Below, piece after piece: positions 31,578-41,603 of a stretch of 64,000 nucleotides of DNA. The notes beneath the pieces are model-generated. The model saw only the letters and a list, made by a program, of their open reading frames with translations. It did not search any database and had not been told where the DNA came from. The DNA lies in contig CALHIP010000001.1 of assembly GCA_938030745.1 (NCBI GenBank), forward strand, positions 3,817 through 67,816, written 5' to 3'. Made by a program: the position numbers and the translations under genes. Every line of letters begins with the position of its first letter. Position 1 is the first letter of the stretch. Origin of the DNA: an uncultured Patescibacteria group bacterium (GTDB lineage: Bacteria > Patescibacteriota > Patescibacteriia > UBA2591 > CALHIP01).

Positions 31578-32508
31578 TTAAAATTTTTTAATGATTTCCT
31601 TATAAATTGGTCCTAAGGAAAGAATGTGAATTTTTTCTGGAATCTTTAAATCAGATGGAGGAGAGATAGAATTAGTTAGTAATAATAGCTTCCACCTCAT
31701 CAACAATCTGGGAAAGAGCATTCTTTTTAATAAGAAAAGAAACCATATGGGTAACAAGAAGAATAATTTTGTTCGCTCCTTTTTTCTTAAGAATTTTTAA
31801 TCCTTGAAGAAGTGTTTTCCCTGAGGCGAGAATATCATCCCACATCAAAATGTTTTCTCCTTTTTTTATTTTTCCTTTAATTCCATAAAAATTGATTTTA
31901 CCGGAAAAATAATCTCTTCTTTTATCAAGAATACTTAAAGGAGAGGTAAATAGCGAAGCAAGAATTTTATTTTTTCTTTTAGCTCCTTTATCAGGTGAGA
32001 CTACTCTTAAATTTTTAAGAAGATGAGAAAAATTTTCTTTAAGATACTGATAGAAAAGATTGGTTGGTAAAATATTTTCTGCAGAAGGAAAAAGATTCAG
32101 TGCCTTTGGGTTATGAATGTCTATAAATATTATTAATTTAACAGTCCGCGAGATTGAATCAGCAATCCATTTAAGAGAAAAAGGAGCACCTTCTACGTCA
32201 ACTCTGTCTTGACGAGCATAGGCAAAATATGGCGGAAAAACAATGATTTCAGAATCTCTTTTTAAAGAATTTTCCAAAGTGTTTAGAGTAAGGAAAAATT
32301 CAAGAAGGTTTTCTGATGGTGGATAAGTTGATTGAATATAAATTATCTTTGTTTTTCTTCCAATGACCTCTTTTGGAACTACTGGTTTTATCTCTCCATC
32401 TGGAAAAATTTTACAATTCACAGGAATAGCAGGAATTTCAGGAAAAATTTTTTGAAGTTCCATTGCTATTTGTTTACCTGTTTTGCCATACAAAATAATT
32501 TTCTTCAT
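31578..32508 (-). pseudogene. prs: Ribose-phosphate pyrophosphokinase, divergent, frameshifted near C-terminus (ORF track 31672-32508)
   Basis: FPDGE, PYFAYARQDR, DIH, VSPDKGA, DDILASGKTL; ACTAACTAAT at ~31671-31680 shifts frame, and the other frame continues TNSISPP...KIHILSLGPIYKEIIKKF* to 31578. Confidence 0.75.
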
Positions 32509-32603
32509 ATTTCCTCCTTGTTTATTTTAATCTTTAAAAATCTAGAAATCATTAAAAATAAAAAATCTTATTTAGCTATCGCAAAAAATTGAATAATTCA
32601 ATT

Positions 32604-33230
32604 TTAACTCTTAAGCAACTTTTCAATTAACTCGCGAAATTCCTTCTCTTCTTTTAGTAGACCAGCATCTTTTTCTCTTTCATAGGCATTACCAATCCGA
32701 TAATAACGGCAACCAAAAACAAAAGTTGGAATTGAACCAGTTGGATTAAATTCTTGATAAATAGCTTCTTCTTCTGGAGGAATCGCTTTTTCTACTTCTT
32801 CAGTTAGACCATCATCATTGGTATCTAAATACCAATGATAAGCAACAATTTTTTTCTTTTTCATGTACTCTTTGGCGACTTTATCAAAAGTCTCTTTGAT
32901 CCATTCACAATGGGGACACCAGGTTGTAGCAAAAAGTCGAATGATTGGTTTACCATCTTTTTTGCAAATCGGTTTGCCAGTATCGATAAAAGAACCAAAA
33001 GATGTTCCAGAAGGTGGTGCTAAAGGAGGTTGAGATGGTTGATTGACAATTTCCTTTGGCTCTTCTGGAGCATTAATTACTACTTTTTGACCAGTGCCTA
33101 TTTTGGTTAAAGCTAGGAAAGAATAAAGAAAGACCAAAATAGCAAAAATAGCTATGCCAGTCACGACACCGAAAACAAACATTAACTTCGGCGAAAAAGT
33201 ACATTCTTTTTTTGTTTGTTTCTCTTCCAT
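32604..33230 (-). CDS. Membrane-anchored thioredoxin-fold protein
   Basis: N-terminal TM, WCPHC, cis-Pro SIPTF. Confidence 0.8.
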   Translation of the reverse strand: MEEKQTKKECTFSPKLMFVFGVVTGIAIFAILVFLYSFLALTKIGTGQKVVINAPEEPKEIVNQPSQPPLAPPSGTSFGSFIDTGKPICKKDGKPIIRLFATTWCPHCEWIKETFDKVAKEYMKKKKIVAYHWYLDTNDDGLTEEVEKAIPPEEEAIYQEFNPTGSIPTFVFGCRYYRIGNAYEREKDAGLLKEEKEFRELIEKLLKS

Positions 33231-33281
33231 AAATTAAGAATTATTTTTTGATAAAATATTTTAAAATATTTTTAAAAAATG

Positions 33282-34082
33282 TCAAATATCAGCTAATTTA
33301 ATTTCTATTCTCTGACCTAGCCATCGTCGAGCAATTTCTTGAAATTTCGGTGTTGGATCTGAAAGATAGAATTGATGATTCTTGTTTTTTGCTAATTCTT
33401 TCTCAATTGCTTTATTTTTTTCTAAAAATTCTTTAAGTTTTAAAACAACCTCTTCTCCTGGATCGACAAGTTTTATTTTCCGACCAATTTTTAACTGAAT
33501 CTGTTCACGTAATAAAGGATAATGGGTACAGGCCATAATTAAAGTATCAATTTGAGCCATCTTTAAAGGATATAAATAAGATTTAATAATTCTTTTTGTC
33601 TCTCCTTTCTTTAACCAACCTTCTTCAATCAAAGGTACTAAAAGTGGAGCAGGTTGAGAAAAAACTTTGATCTCTGGTTTTTTTTCTTTAATCAATTTTT
33701 CATAAATTCCAGAATTGACTGTTGCCCTTGTTCCAATTATACCAATTCTTTTATTTTTTGTGATTTGAATTGCTTTCTCTACTGCCGGTGTAATTACTTC
33801 AAAAATTGGTAAAGAAAATTTCTTCTTTAACTCTTGACTTGCAGTTGCTGAAGCAGTGTTACAAGCAATTACAATAATTTTAGCACCTTTTTTAATTAAG
33901 AATTCAGAAGCTTCAATTGAATATTTTTTAATTATCTCGCTACTCCTTTCACCATAAGGCATTCTTGCTGTATCACCAAAATATAAAATTTGATATTCTG
34001 GTAAGATTTCGAACATCTTTTTAACAACTGTTAATCCGCCAATTCCCGAATCAAAAATCCCAATTTTGTTTTTATTTTTCAT
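33282..34082 (-). CDS. murI: Glutamate racemase
   Basis: FDSGIGGLTV, IACNTA, CTHYP. Confidence 0.96.
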   Translation of the reverse strand: MKNKNKIGIFDSGIGGLTVVKKMFEILPEYQILYFGDTARMPYGERSSEIIKKYSIEASEFLIKKGAKIIVIACNTASATASQELKKKFSLPIFEVITPAVEKAIQITKNKRIGIIGTRATVNSGIYEKLIKEKKPEIKVFSQPAPLLVPLIEEGWLKKGETKRIIKSYLYPLKMAQIDTLIMACTHYPLLREQIQLKIGRKIKLVDPGEEVVLKLKEFLEKNKAIEKELAKNKNHQFYLSDPTPKFQEIARRWLGQRIEIKLADI

Positions 34083-35416
34083 TTTATTATTTTTTTTAAC
34101 TCCTTCAATTTCTTTTCTAATAGTTCTTTTGTTTTTGCTTCGACTGTTAATCTAACAACTGGTTCAGTCTGCGAAGGTCTTAAATTAAACCACCAATTTT
34201 TATATTGGATAGTTAAACCATCAAGTAAATCAATTTTCCCATTTTTATATTTTTCTTTTAATAAATTGAAAGTCTTTTTTTGATCAGTGACTTTGATTTT
34301 TGGCAAATGAATTTTATGATAAATTTTATATTCTTTAACTATTTCTGAAAGTGGTCTGTTTTCTTGGGAAATGATTTCTAAAAAAATCAAGAAGGCAATA
34401 AAACCAGAATCAGCATAAAAATTGTCTTTGAAGGCAAAATGACAAGAAGTTTCTCCACCAAGAATTGCTTTATTTTTTACCATTGCTTTAACAGTAAAGA
34501 AATAACCAACTTTTGCTCTGATTGGTTTACCATTCATTTTTTTAATAAATTCAGGAACTGATTTTGATTGATCAACTTTATAAACTATTCTTGCATTTGG
34601 ATTTTCATTTAAAAATTTTTTAGCTAAAAGAATAAGTTGCAGATCACCAAAAAGTGGACTCCCTTTCTCATCTATTAAAACAATTCTGTCAGTATCGCCA
34701 TCGAAAAAGACACCTAAATCTGCCTTTTCTTTTTTTACTTTTTCAATCAATTTATCTAAAGCACCTCTTTCAAAAGGATTTGGTGGGTGGTTTGGGAATC
34801 TTCCGTCTAATTTAAAAAAAAGAGGAATAATTTGGCAAGGAATCCTTTTTTTAATTAAAGGAATAACTTTACCTGCTAAACCATTGCCAGCATCAACAAC
34901 AATTTTTAATCGTTTTATTTTTCCAACATCAACAAAAGAAAAAATATGGTTTAAAAATTTTTGCCAAAAATTTACTTTTTCTATCTTACCTCTTTTTTTT
35001 GCTGGTTTTATTTTTTTACCGATTAATTGAGCTATTTTTCTTCCACTGATTGGCTCTATCCAACCTTTTTTTCGCCAAAGAATCATTTTAAGACCATTAT
35101 ATTGAAAAGGATTATGACTGGCAGTAATCATTATTCCAGCTCCAAAATTATTTTTTGGCACCATTGAATATAAAAAATCAATAGGAATCAAACCGGCATC
35201 AGAGACATTTACTCCTTGTTCAATTAATCCTTTAACTAAACCTTTAAAAATTTTTTCTGACGAGACTCTCATATCGCGACCAACAAGAATTCTCTTTACT
35301 TCACTTAAATCAGCAAACACTCTGCCAATTTGATAGGCTATATCTTCATTAAAATCATCAGGGTAAATACCCCGAATATCATACTGATGAAAAATTGTTT
35401 GATTAATCTTTGCCAT
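34079..35416 (-). CDS. Phosphomannomutase/phosphoglucomutase
   Basis: YDIRG, ITASHNP, FDGDTDR, RPSQTEP. Confidence 0.93.
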   Translation of the reverse strand: MAKINQTIFHQYDIRGIYPDDFNEDIAYQIGRVFADLSEVKRILVGRDMRVSSEKIFKGLVKGLIEQGVNVSDAGLIPIDFLYSMVPKNNFGAGIMITASHNPFQYNGLKMILWRKKGWIEPISGRKIAQLIGKKIKPAKKRGKIEKVNFWQKFLNHIFSFVDVGKIKRLKIVVDAGNGLAGKVIPLIKKRIPCQIIPLFFKLDGRFPNHPPNPFERGALDKLIEKVKKEKADLGVFFDGDTDRIVLIDEKGSPLFGDLQLILLAKKFLNENPNARIVYKVDQSKSVPEFIKKMNGKPIRAKVGYFFTVKAMVKNKAILGGETSCHFAFKDNFYADSGFIAFLIFLEIISQENRPLSEIVKEYKIYHKIHLPKIKVTDQKKTFNLLKEKYKNGKIDLLDGLTIQYKNWWFNLRPSQTEPVVRLTVEAKTKELLEKKLKELKKIIK

Positions 35417-35423
35417 TTAAAAT

Positions 35424-36251
35424 TTATTTATTTCCAAGAAGTTTTACTATTTTTTCTCTTTCCTTATTTAAATAATTTTTTATTCCTTCAGTTTCAGGAG
35501 TTAATTTTTTATTTAACTCTTCCTTCTGAGAAGAAATAATTTCTAAAAGATTTTGACAATCTTTTCTATCTTTATCGTCAAATTTAATTGAAGATGAAGA
35601 AAATTGAGAAATTTTTTGTAATTCTAATTTTATTTGGTCTAAAAATTCGGAAAAAACAGCAATAAAAACTGGATCATCTTTTATTTTTTCTAGCTCTTTA
35701 TTTTTGATTTTTTCATAAAATCTGACCATTATTTCAAATCCAACATCTAGTGGTAAATAAAGTACTAATCTTATAGTTCGAGGATTAAATTCTCTTTGAG
35801 GTGGCGGAACTTTTAAAGAGCTTGGATTATCGTGATGAAAAAAGGCATATTTGTCTTCTAATATTTCATGATTTTTATTCATTGTTAAATCAACAGAGAA
35901 AAGCAAATCTTTTTCTTTATGATAGATAATTAAATCTTTTCCTTCTTTATCATCTTCATAAGAAGCAAGAAAAATTTCAAAATCTTTTCCTAAAAATTGG
36001 TTAAAGACCTCACCTAAGACATTTTCTAATTCTTTTCCTGGTTTTCTTTCCTCAATGCTTCGACGATGAATTATATTCTCCCAATTTCTTCTCCAACACC
36101 CCAATCTTCTTTCTTTTTCTGATTTTTTTAAGAAGAGTAAAATTATTTTTTTATTCTTTTGATCTTCATGAAATTCATTATACTTATTTTGTGCTTCAGG
36201 AAAAAAAATTTTTTTATCAAAAAAATTTTTTTCTCTTGTTTCTATTGACAT
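35424..36251 (-). CDS. Hypothetical protein
   Basis: 275-aa ORF in operon-like context; weak PD-(D/E)xK-like pattern EDD..GKD...VDLT. Confidence 0.6.
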   Translation of the reverse strand: MSIETREKNFFDKKIFFPEAQNKYNEFHEDQKNKKIILLFLKKSEKERRLGCWRRNWENIIHRRSIEERKPGKELENVLGEVFNQFLGKDFEIFLASYEDDKEGKDLIIYHKEKDLLFSVDLTMNKNHEILEDKYAFFHHDNPSSLKVPPPQREFNPRTIRLVLYLPLDVGFEIMVRFYEKIKNKELEKIKDDPVFIAVFSEFLDQIKLELQKISQFSSSSIKFDDKDRKDCQNLLEIISSQKEELNKKLTPETEGIKNYLNKEREKIVKLLGNK

Positions 36252-36265
36252 AATTAAAAATTATA

Positions 36266-36994
36266 TCATTTTTTAGCTATTACCACAAGATTTAAACCTT
36301 TAAGCCAATTCGATTTTTTACCTTTATATTCATAATAAATATCTTTGATTTTAAAACCTATCTTTTCTAAAATTTTTCTTAATTCTTTTTTTGTAAAAGC
36401 ATGATAAAATCTCTGAATAATTTCACCCGAAGAAAGATGCCAAGGAATAAAATAATCTTTAAAACTTAAATCACGGTATAATTTTTGATTTTTCAAACGA
36501 TAAATCAAATTTTTAAAAAATAGTTTTGGCTGAAAAAGATTCCAACAGGTAATAAAAATATTTCCTTCTTTTTTTAAAACTCGATATGCCTCATAAATTG
36601 CCTTTTCTTGGAGTTCTCTGGATGGTAGATGTGGCAGAAAAGCAATCATAAAAACATTATTAAACTCCTCATTTTGAAATGGTAATGCTAATGCATCAGC
36701 AACTATAAATTTTTGAGGTTGGAAATTAGAAACTGGAAATCTTTTTTTTGCTATTTCAATCAATTTTTCTGAATTATCAACCCCAATATATTCAACGTTT
36801 TTCTCTCTTATTAAATCATAAAGTCGGCCATTGCCACAACCAATATCTAGAATTTTATCGCCTTCTTTAATATATGCTAAAAAAGATTTCATTATTTCCC
36901 AATGTTTTTCTCTTGTTCTTGAAAATTCTTCAGCAATTTTATCAAAATTCTTTTTCGTTTCATCTAAAATTTTTTTTACTGTCTCTGGCTTCAT
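36266..36994 (-). CDS. Class I SAM methyltransferase, Trm9/ALKBH8-like
   Basis: FDKIAEEFSRTR, LDIGCGNGR, IAFLPHL, IPW, RFYHAFTKKEL. Confidence 0.75.
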   Translation of the reverse strand: MKPETVKKILDETKKNFDKIAEEFSRTREKHWEIMKSFLAYIKEGDKILDIGCGNGRLYDLIREKNVEYIGVDNSEKLIEIAKKRFPVSNFQPQKFIVADALALPFQNEEFNNVFMIAFLPHLPSRELQEKAIYEAYRVLKKEGNIFITCWNLFQPKLFFKNLIYRLKNQKLYRDLSFKDYFIPWHLSSGEIIQRFYHAFTKKELRKILEKIGFKIKDIYYEYKGKKSNWLKGLNLVVIAKK

Positions 36995-37048
36995 ATTCTA
37001 ATTTTATATTATAGAAAAATTTTGAAAACATGCTAAAATATCTAAATT

Positions 37049-38173
37049 ATGAAAACTTCTAATTTTTTAAAAGCTTGGGCAACTTTTACCGGAACAATTA
37101 TTGGTGTTGGAATTTTTGGCTTACCCTACGTAGCAATGAAAGCTGGATTTTTTGTTGTTCTTTTTTATTTTTTTGTCATTGTTTTTTTAGCTATTGTTAT
37201 TCATTCTCTTTTAGGTGAAGTTGCTCGCGATACTCATAAAATTGCCCGCGTCCCTGGCTATGCTGAAGAATATCTTGGAAAAAAAGCAAAAAATTTTTCC
37301 TTTGTTGTCTCTTCACTCTCTTTAATTGGTGCTTTACTTGCCTATTTAATTATTGGCGGTGAATTTTTATATTTATTTTTAAAAAATTATTTAGGTGGCC
37401 CGGTTATTCTTTATACCCTTTTATTTTTTCTTTTTGGTGCTTTTTTAATCTATCGTGGAATTGAAATTATTTCTCGTTTTGAATTAGCAATGCTTATTGT
37501 TTTTGTTTTGATTCTTTTATTTTTTCTTTGGCGAGCAATTCCTTTTATCAAGTTTGAAAATTTTCTGACTTTTAATCCCCAATTTTTAACCTTTCCTTAT
37601 GGAGTTATTCTTTTCTCTTTATGGGGTATGGCCCTAATTCCTGAAGTCAAAGAAATGGTGGAAAGAGACCGGAAAAAATTAAGATGGGTCATTCTTTTAG
37701 GAATTTTATCAGCAGCCTTATGTTATCTAATTTTTATTTTTGCCATTTTGGGTGCTTCTGGTTTAAAAACTTCGGAAAACGCTATTTCAGGTTTTGCTTT
37801 TACTGTAGGTGATCAAATTATTGTTGTTGGTTATCTTTTCGGTCTAATTACAACTTTTACTTCTTTTATCACCTTAGGTCTGACCTTGAAAAAAATCTTT
37901 TGGTATGATTTTAAACTTCCAAAAGAGATTTCTTGGTTTTTAACTTGCTTTATTCCTTTATTTTTATATTTTTTAGGTTTTAAAAATTTTATTGAGGTTA
38001 TTGGCTTTACCGGTGCAATTGCTTTAGGTCTTGAGTCAATTATTGTTATCTTTATTTATAAAAATTTTATTCAAAAAAGGTTTCAAAGACCTACTCCTTG
38101 GTGGCTTTATCCATTAATTATTGCTTTAATCATCGGTATTGGTTTTGAAATTATTTATTTCTTTTCAAAATAA
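37049..38173 (+). CDS. Aromatic amino acid permease (TyrP/Mtr-like)
   Basis: GTIIGVGIFGLP, TSFITLG, ~11 TMs. Confidence 0.82.
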   Translation: MKTSNFLKAWATFTGTIIGVGIFGLPYVAMKAGFFVVLFYFFVIVFLAIVIHSLLGEVARDTHKIARVPGYAEEYLGKKAKNFSFVVSSLSLIGALLAYLIIGGEFLYLFLKNYLGGPVILYTLLFFLFGAFLIYRGIEIISRFELAMLIVFVLILLFFLWRAIPFIKFENFLTFNPQFLTFPYGVILFSLWGMALIPEVKEMVERDRKKLRWVILLGILSAALCYLIFIFAILGASGLKTSENAISGFAFTVGDQIIVVGYLFGLITTFTSFITLGLTLKKIFWYDFKLPKEISWFLTCFIPLFLYFLGFKNFIEVIGFTGAIALGLESIIVIFIYKNFIQKRFQRPTPWWLYPLIIALIIGIGFEIIYFFSK

Positions 38174-38241
38174 AAGAATTCCTCTTGACAAATTTTAAAA
38201 AATAAGTTAAACTAAAATTAGATTTAACAAAGGAGGAAAAA

Positions 38242-38955
38242 ATGAATAGAAGCTTTCTTTTTATTTTAATAGTTTTATTATTATCATTATTATCACGATC
38301 ATTGTACTTATTAAACATCCAGTGCACTGGAGAAAAAAAACAGTTCATTACTGGAAAAATAGTAAATCTAGCTAATGGCCAAAAGGTTAATAACATCGGA
38401 ATTCAAGCAACTATTGGAACTCAACAAATTACTGTTATCCCAGATACAAATGGTAATATCTCTTTCTCTGTGCCTTATTCTCTTCCTTCTAATGCTACCA
38501 TTACTCTTGTATTTAACCATCCCACATTTTCTGGTTATAATCCTTCTTACCTTTCTCATACAATTGCTATATCTAAGGAGTCTTTAGGAACAAAAGATAC
38601 ATATGATCTCGGAAAAATATTTCTTATTCCGAAACCAACAGAAAGTTTGCCACAGACAGCTTATATTGTTGTAAAAAAAATGGGTTTTCACAAGATTCTA
38701 CCGAATAAGAAAATTTCGATTAATCTCCCTCCAGAGGCAATCTTCATTTTCGGCCTTTCAGAACCAAGTACAAAAAGTATAAAGATAAAGAACTTATCAA
38801 CTGACGAAAAAGTAGAAATAATAAAAAACCGGATTAAAAACACAGGATGGGTCATTATTACTTTTTTTCAGCCACTTACTCCTGGAAAGTATGAAATCTC
38901 AGCTATTATTTCTGGAGAGAAAATAAAATGGATATTTGAAATTCCAGAAACTTAA
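38242..38955 (+). CDS. Hypothetical secreted beta-rich protein
   Basis: SD AAGGAGG, signal-like N-terminus, terminator downstream. Confidence 0.7.
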   Translation: MNRSFLFILIVLLLSLLSRSLYLLNIQCTGEKKQFITGKIVNLANGQKVNNIGIQATIGTQQITVIPDTNGNISFSVPYSLPSNATITLVFNHPTFSGYNPSYLSHTIAISKESLGTKDTYDLGKIFLIPKPTESLPQTAYIVVKKMGFHKILPNKKISINLPPEAIFIFGLSEPSTKSIKIKNLSTDEKVEIIKNRIKNTGWVIITFFQPLTPGKYEISAIISGEKIKWIFEIPET

Positions 38956-38962
38956 AAGGAGG

Positions 38963-38991
38963 AAAAAGGGGGCTAAATTAGCCCCTTTTTT
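38963..38991 (+). terminator. Rho-independent terminator
   Basis: aaaaagggggctaa-a-ttagcccctttttt. Confidence 0.75.
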
Positions 38992-39028
38992 CGTTGACAA
39001 TTTAGTAAAATTTCATTAAGATTGATAA

Positions 39029-40639
39029 ATGATTTTAGAAAACCAAAAAATAATAAAAATTGTTAAAGAACTTAGTCGAAAGAAAATCAAATCCCACGAG
39101 GATTTTTTAGTTTTATTAAAAAAATTAATAAAAAAATATCATATTCCTTTGCCAAGTAATATCGAAATCTTAAATTCTTATAAATTACTGCGACTCCATC
39201 GAAAAATAAAAGCTTCAGAATTTTTTGAGGACTTATTAAAAAAAAGACCAATTCGTTCACTTTCTGGTGTTGCTGTTATTTCTGTTTTAACCAAACCATA
39301 TCCTTGTCCAGGTAAATGTCTTTATTGTCCAATTGAGAAAGGAATTCCAAAAAGTTATCTCTCTGGTGAACCAGCTGTAGAAAGAGCAAAAATTTTAAAA
39401 TTTGATCCATATTTACAAGTCAAAAAAAGAATAGAGATGCTTCAAAAACAAGGACATCCAACTGATAAAATTGAGTTAATTATCATCGGTGCTTCTTGGA
39501 CTGCTTATCCAAAAAAATATCAAGAATGGTTTATTACTCGTTGTTTTCAGGCAGCTAATGAAGAAAGTTCCAAAATAAAATATAAAAAATCAAAAAAAGA
39601 AATTAAATTAGAAAAAGTTCAAAAATTAAATGAGCGAGCTAAAAATAGAATAATTGGTATTAGTGTAGAGACACGACCAGATTTAATTACACCAGAAGAA
39701 ATAAAAAGAATGCGTCAATTAGGTATCACAAAAATTGAATTAGGTGTTCAAACACTGGATGAAAAAATTTTAGATAAAAATCAACGTGGTCATGGTTTAA
39801 AAGAGATCATTCGAGCAACAAAAATGTTAAGAAATGCTGGCTTTAAGATTTGCTACCATTTAATGCCAGGTCTTTATGGTTCTTCTCCTAGAAAAGATTT
39901 GGCAACTTTTAAAAAATTATTTTCTGATTCGCAATTTCGACCTGATTATTTAAAAATTTATCCTTGTGTTGTTACTGAGGGTTCAAGACTTTATGAGCTA
40001 TGGAAGCAAGGTAAATACAAACCATATTCTGATAAAGTTTTAATTGATCTACTTATTGAGATAAAAAAAATTGTTCCGCCTTATGTCAGAATTATTCGGA
40101 TCTTTCGTGATATTCCGTCGTCAAAGATTTTAGCTGGAACAAAAATTTCTAATCTACGGCAAGTTATTCAAAAAGAAATGGTAAAAAGAGGATTAAAATG
40201 TCGATGTATTAGATGCCGGGAAATCAAGAATATAGAATATAGAATGAAGAATGTAGAATTAAAAAAATATGAATATATAGCCAATGATGGCAAGGAAATT
40301 TTCCTTTCATTTGAAGATAAAAAAAATGATCGGCTTTTAGCGTTTCTTCGTTTGCGCTTACCAAAATTCCAGCTTACGAATTCTGGATTTCGTGTTCTAA
40401 ATGGCGCTGCCATTATTAGAGAACTCCACACTTATGGTGAATTAGTAGAAATTGGAAAAAAAAGAAAAAATGCTTCTCAACATAGAAGTTTTGGTAAGAA
40501 ATTGGTAAAAGAGGCAGAAAAAATTGCTAAAAATTTTGGTTATAAAAAAATTGCTGTTATCTCAGGCATCGGTGCTAGGGAATATTGGCGAAAACTAGGG
40601 TACAAACTAAAAGAGACCTACATGGTCAAAAATATTTAA
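39029..40639 (+). CDS. elp3: Elp3-family radical SAM/GNAT tRNA U34 modification enzyme
   Basis: RSLSGVA, CPGKCLYCP, PKSY, ETRPD, ELGVQ, LKIYP, CRCIRCRE, RELHTYG, QH..FG, ISGIGAREY. Confidence 0.93.
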   Translation: MILENQKIIKIVKELSRKKIKSHEDFLVLLKKLIKKYHIPLPSNIEILNSYKLLRLHRKIKASEFFEDLLKKRPIRSLSGVAVISVLTKPYPCPGKCLYCPIEKGIPKSYLSGEPAVERAKILKFDPYLQVKKRIEMLQKQGHPTDKIELIIIGASWTAYPKKYQEWFITRCFQAANEESSKIKYKKSKKEIKLEKVQKLNERAKNRIIGISVETRPDLITPEEIKRMRQLGITKIELGVQTLDEKILDKNQRGHGLKEIIRATKMLRNAGFKICYHLMPGLYGSSPRKDLATFKKLFSDSQFRPDYLKIYPCVVTEGSRLYELWKQGKYKPYSDKVLIDLLIEIKKIVPPYVRIIRIFRDIPSSKILAGTKISNLRQVIQKEMVKRGLKCRCIRCREIKNIEYRMKNVELKKYEYIANDGKEIFLSFEDKKNDRLLAFLRLRLPKFQLTNSGFRVLNGAAIIRELHTYGELVEIGKKRKNASQHRSFGKKLVKEAEKIAKNFGYKKIAVISGIGAREYWRKLGYKLKETYMVKNI

Positions 40640-40697
40640 AAATTGACTACTATATCATTTGGCGCGGCCGCGTAAAAGAGTATAGGAGTACTTAAAA

Positions 40698-40770
40698 TGT
40701 CCCCAGCAGGAATCGAACCTGCATTCTTTGGCTCCGGAGGCCAACGTTTTCTCCATTAAACTATGGGGAC
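40698..40770 (-). tRNA. tRNA-Arg(CCG)
   Basis: ttggc-CTCCGGA-gccaa anticodon arm; GTTCGATTC. Confidence 0.93.
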
Positions 40771-40772
40771 AT

Positions 40773-41603
40773 TTATTTAAGATAAAATATTCCTTGGATA
40801 ATAGAAATTAAAATTAGAACAATGATGATAATTTCTAAAATTTCCATCCGACGAGCATTAATAATTTCTAAAATTGTTGCCATGTGATTCTTCAAAAGAG
40901 AAATTTTTTGTTCTAAAACAGAAATTCTTTCTGGAAGTTCCAATTGTTGAGAGAAATCAAAATAAAGATCATTATAATCTTTCCTTTCCCAAGCTGTCTC
41001 TGGTTTATCTAAAATCTCTAAATTAGCAATTAGGTCTTGATGAAGAAAAATTGCTTGTTGAATATCTTTAACTATTTTAGAAATACCAGGAGAAAAAATT
41101 CTTCTTAAAGTAAAAGTAAGATTTTGAAAACTTTGTAAAAATTCAATCAAAAGTTCATCAATTTTTTTCTCGTAATTCTCAAGAGCTAATGACTGAGCTA
41201 AAAGAATTCCCAAAATTTCTCCATATTTTTCATCATCTTTTGAGAGAATAACTTTATTAAATAAAACTTTATTTTCAATTTGTCTTTCATCAATAACAAT
41301 TTTAATTTTTTCGAAATTATAAACTACTTTTTCTTTTACAAAAGGCTGAATTAAAGAAAGCATTTTTTTCTCAAAAATTTCTGAATTATTGATCAAAACA
41401 ATAACTCCGTAACTTAAGACAAGAAGATATTGCCTTCTTTTCGGATGAACAAGAAAATAAATCTGAGATGGATTATAAGAAATAACAGAAAATATTTTTT
41501 TAAAATGGAGATAAATTTCTTTAATATCAAAACTCTTAGCTATTTGAATAGCCTTTATTTCTCTTATCTCTTTTTTTGATTTTATTTCCATAAAACTATA
41601 CAA
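40773..41603 (-). CDS. RMD1/DUF155 family protein
   Basis: YGVIV, LAQSLALENYE, ILDKPE..W, LELPER, C-terminal LEIIIIVLI TM. Confidence 0.82.
   Translation of the reverse strand: MYSFMEIKSKKEIREIKAIQIAKSFDIKEIYLHFKKIFSVISYNPSQIYFLVHPKRRQYLLVLSYGVIVLINNSEIFEKKMLSLIQPFVKEKVVYNFEKIKIVIDERQIENKVLFNKVILSKDDEKYGEILGILLAQSLALENYEKKIDELLIEFLQSFQNLTFTLRRIFSPGISKIVKDIQQAIFLHQDLIANLEILDKPETAWERKDYNDLYFDFSQQLELPERISVLEQKISLLKNHMATILEIINARRMEILEIIIIVLILISIIQGIFYLK

Noticed and set aside
40662-40672. GC-rich palindrome cgcggccgcg between elp3 and tRNA-Arg
   Set aside because: Single 10-bp instance; no second copy or supporting structure.
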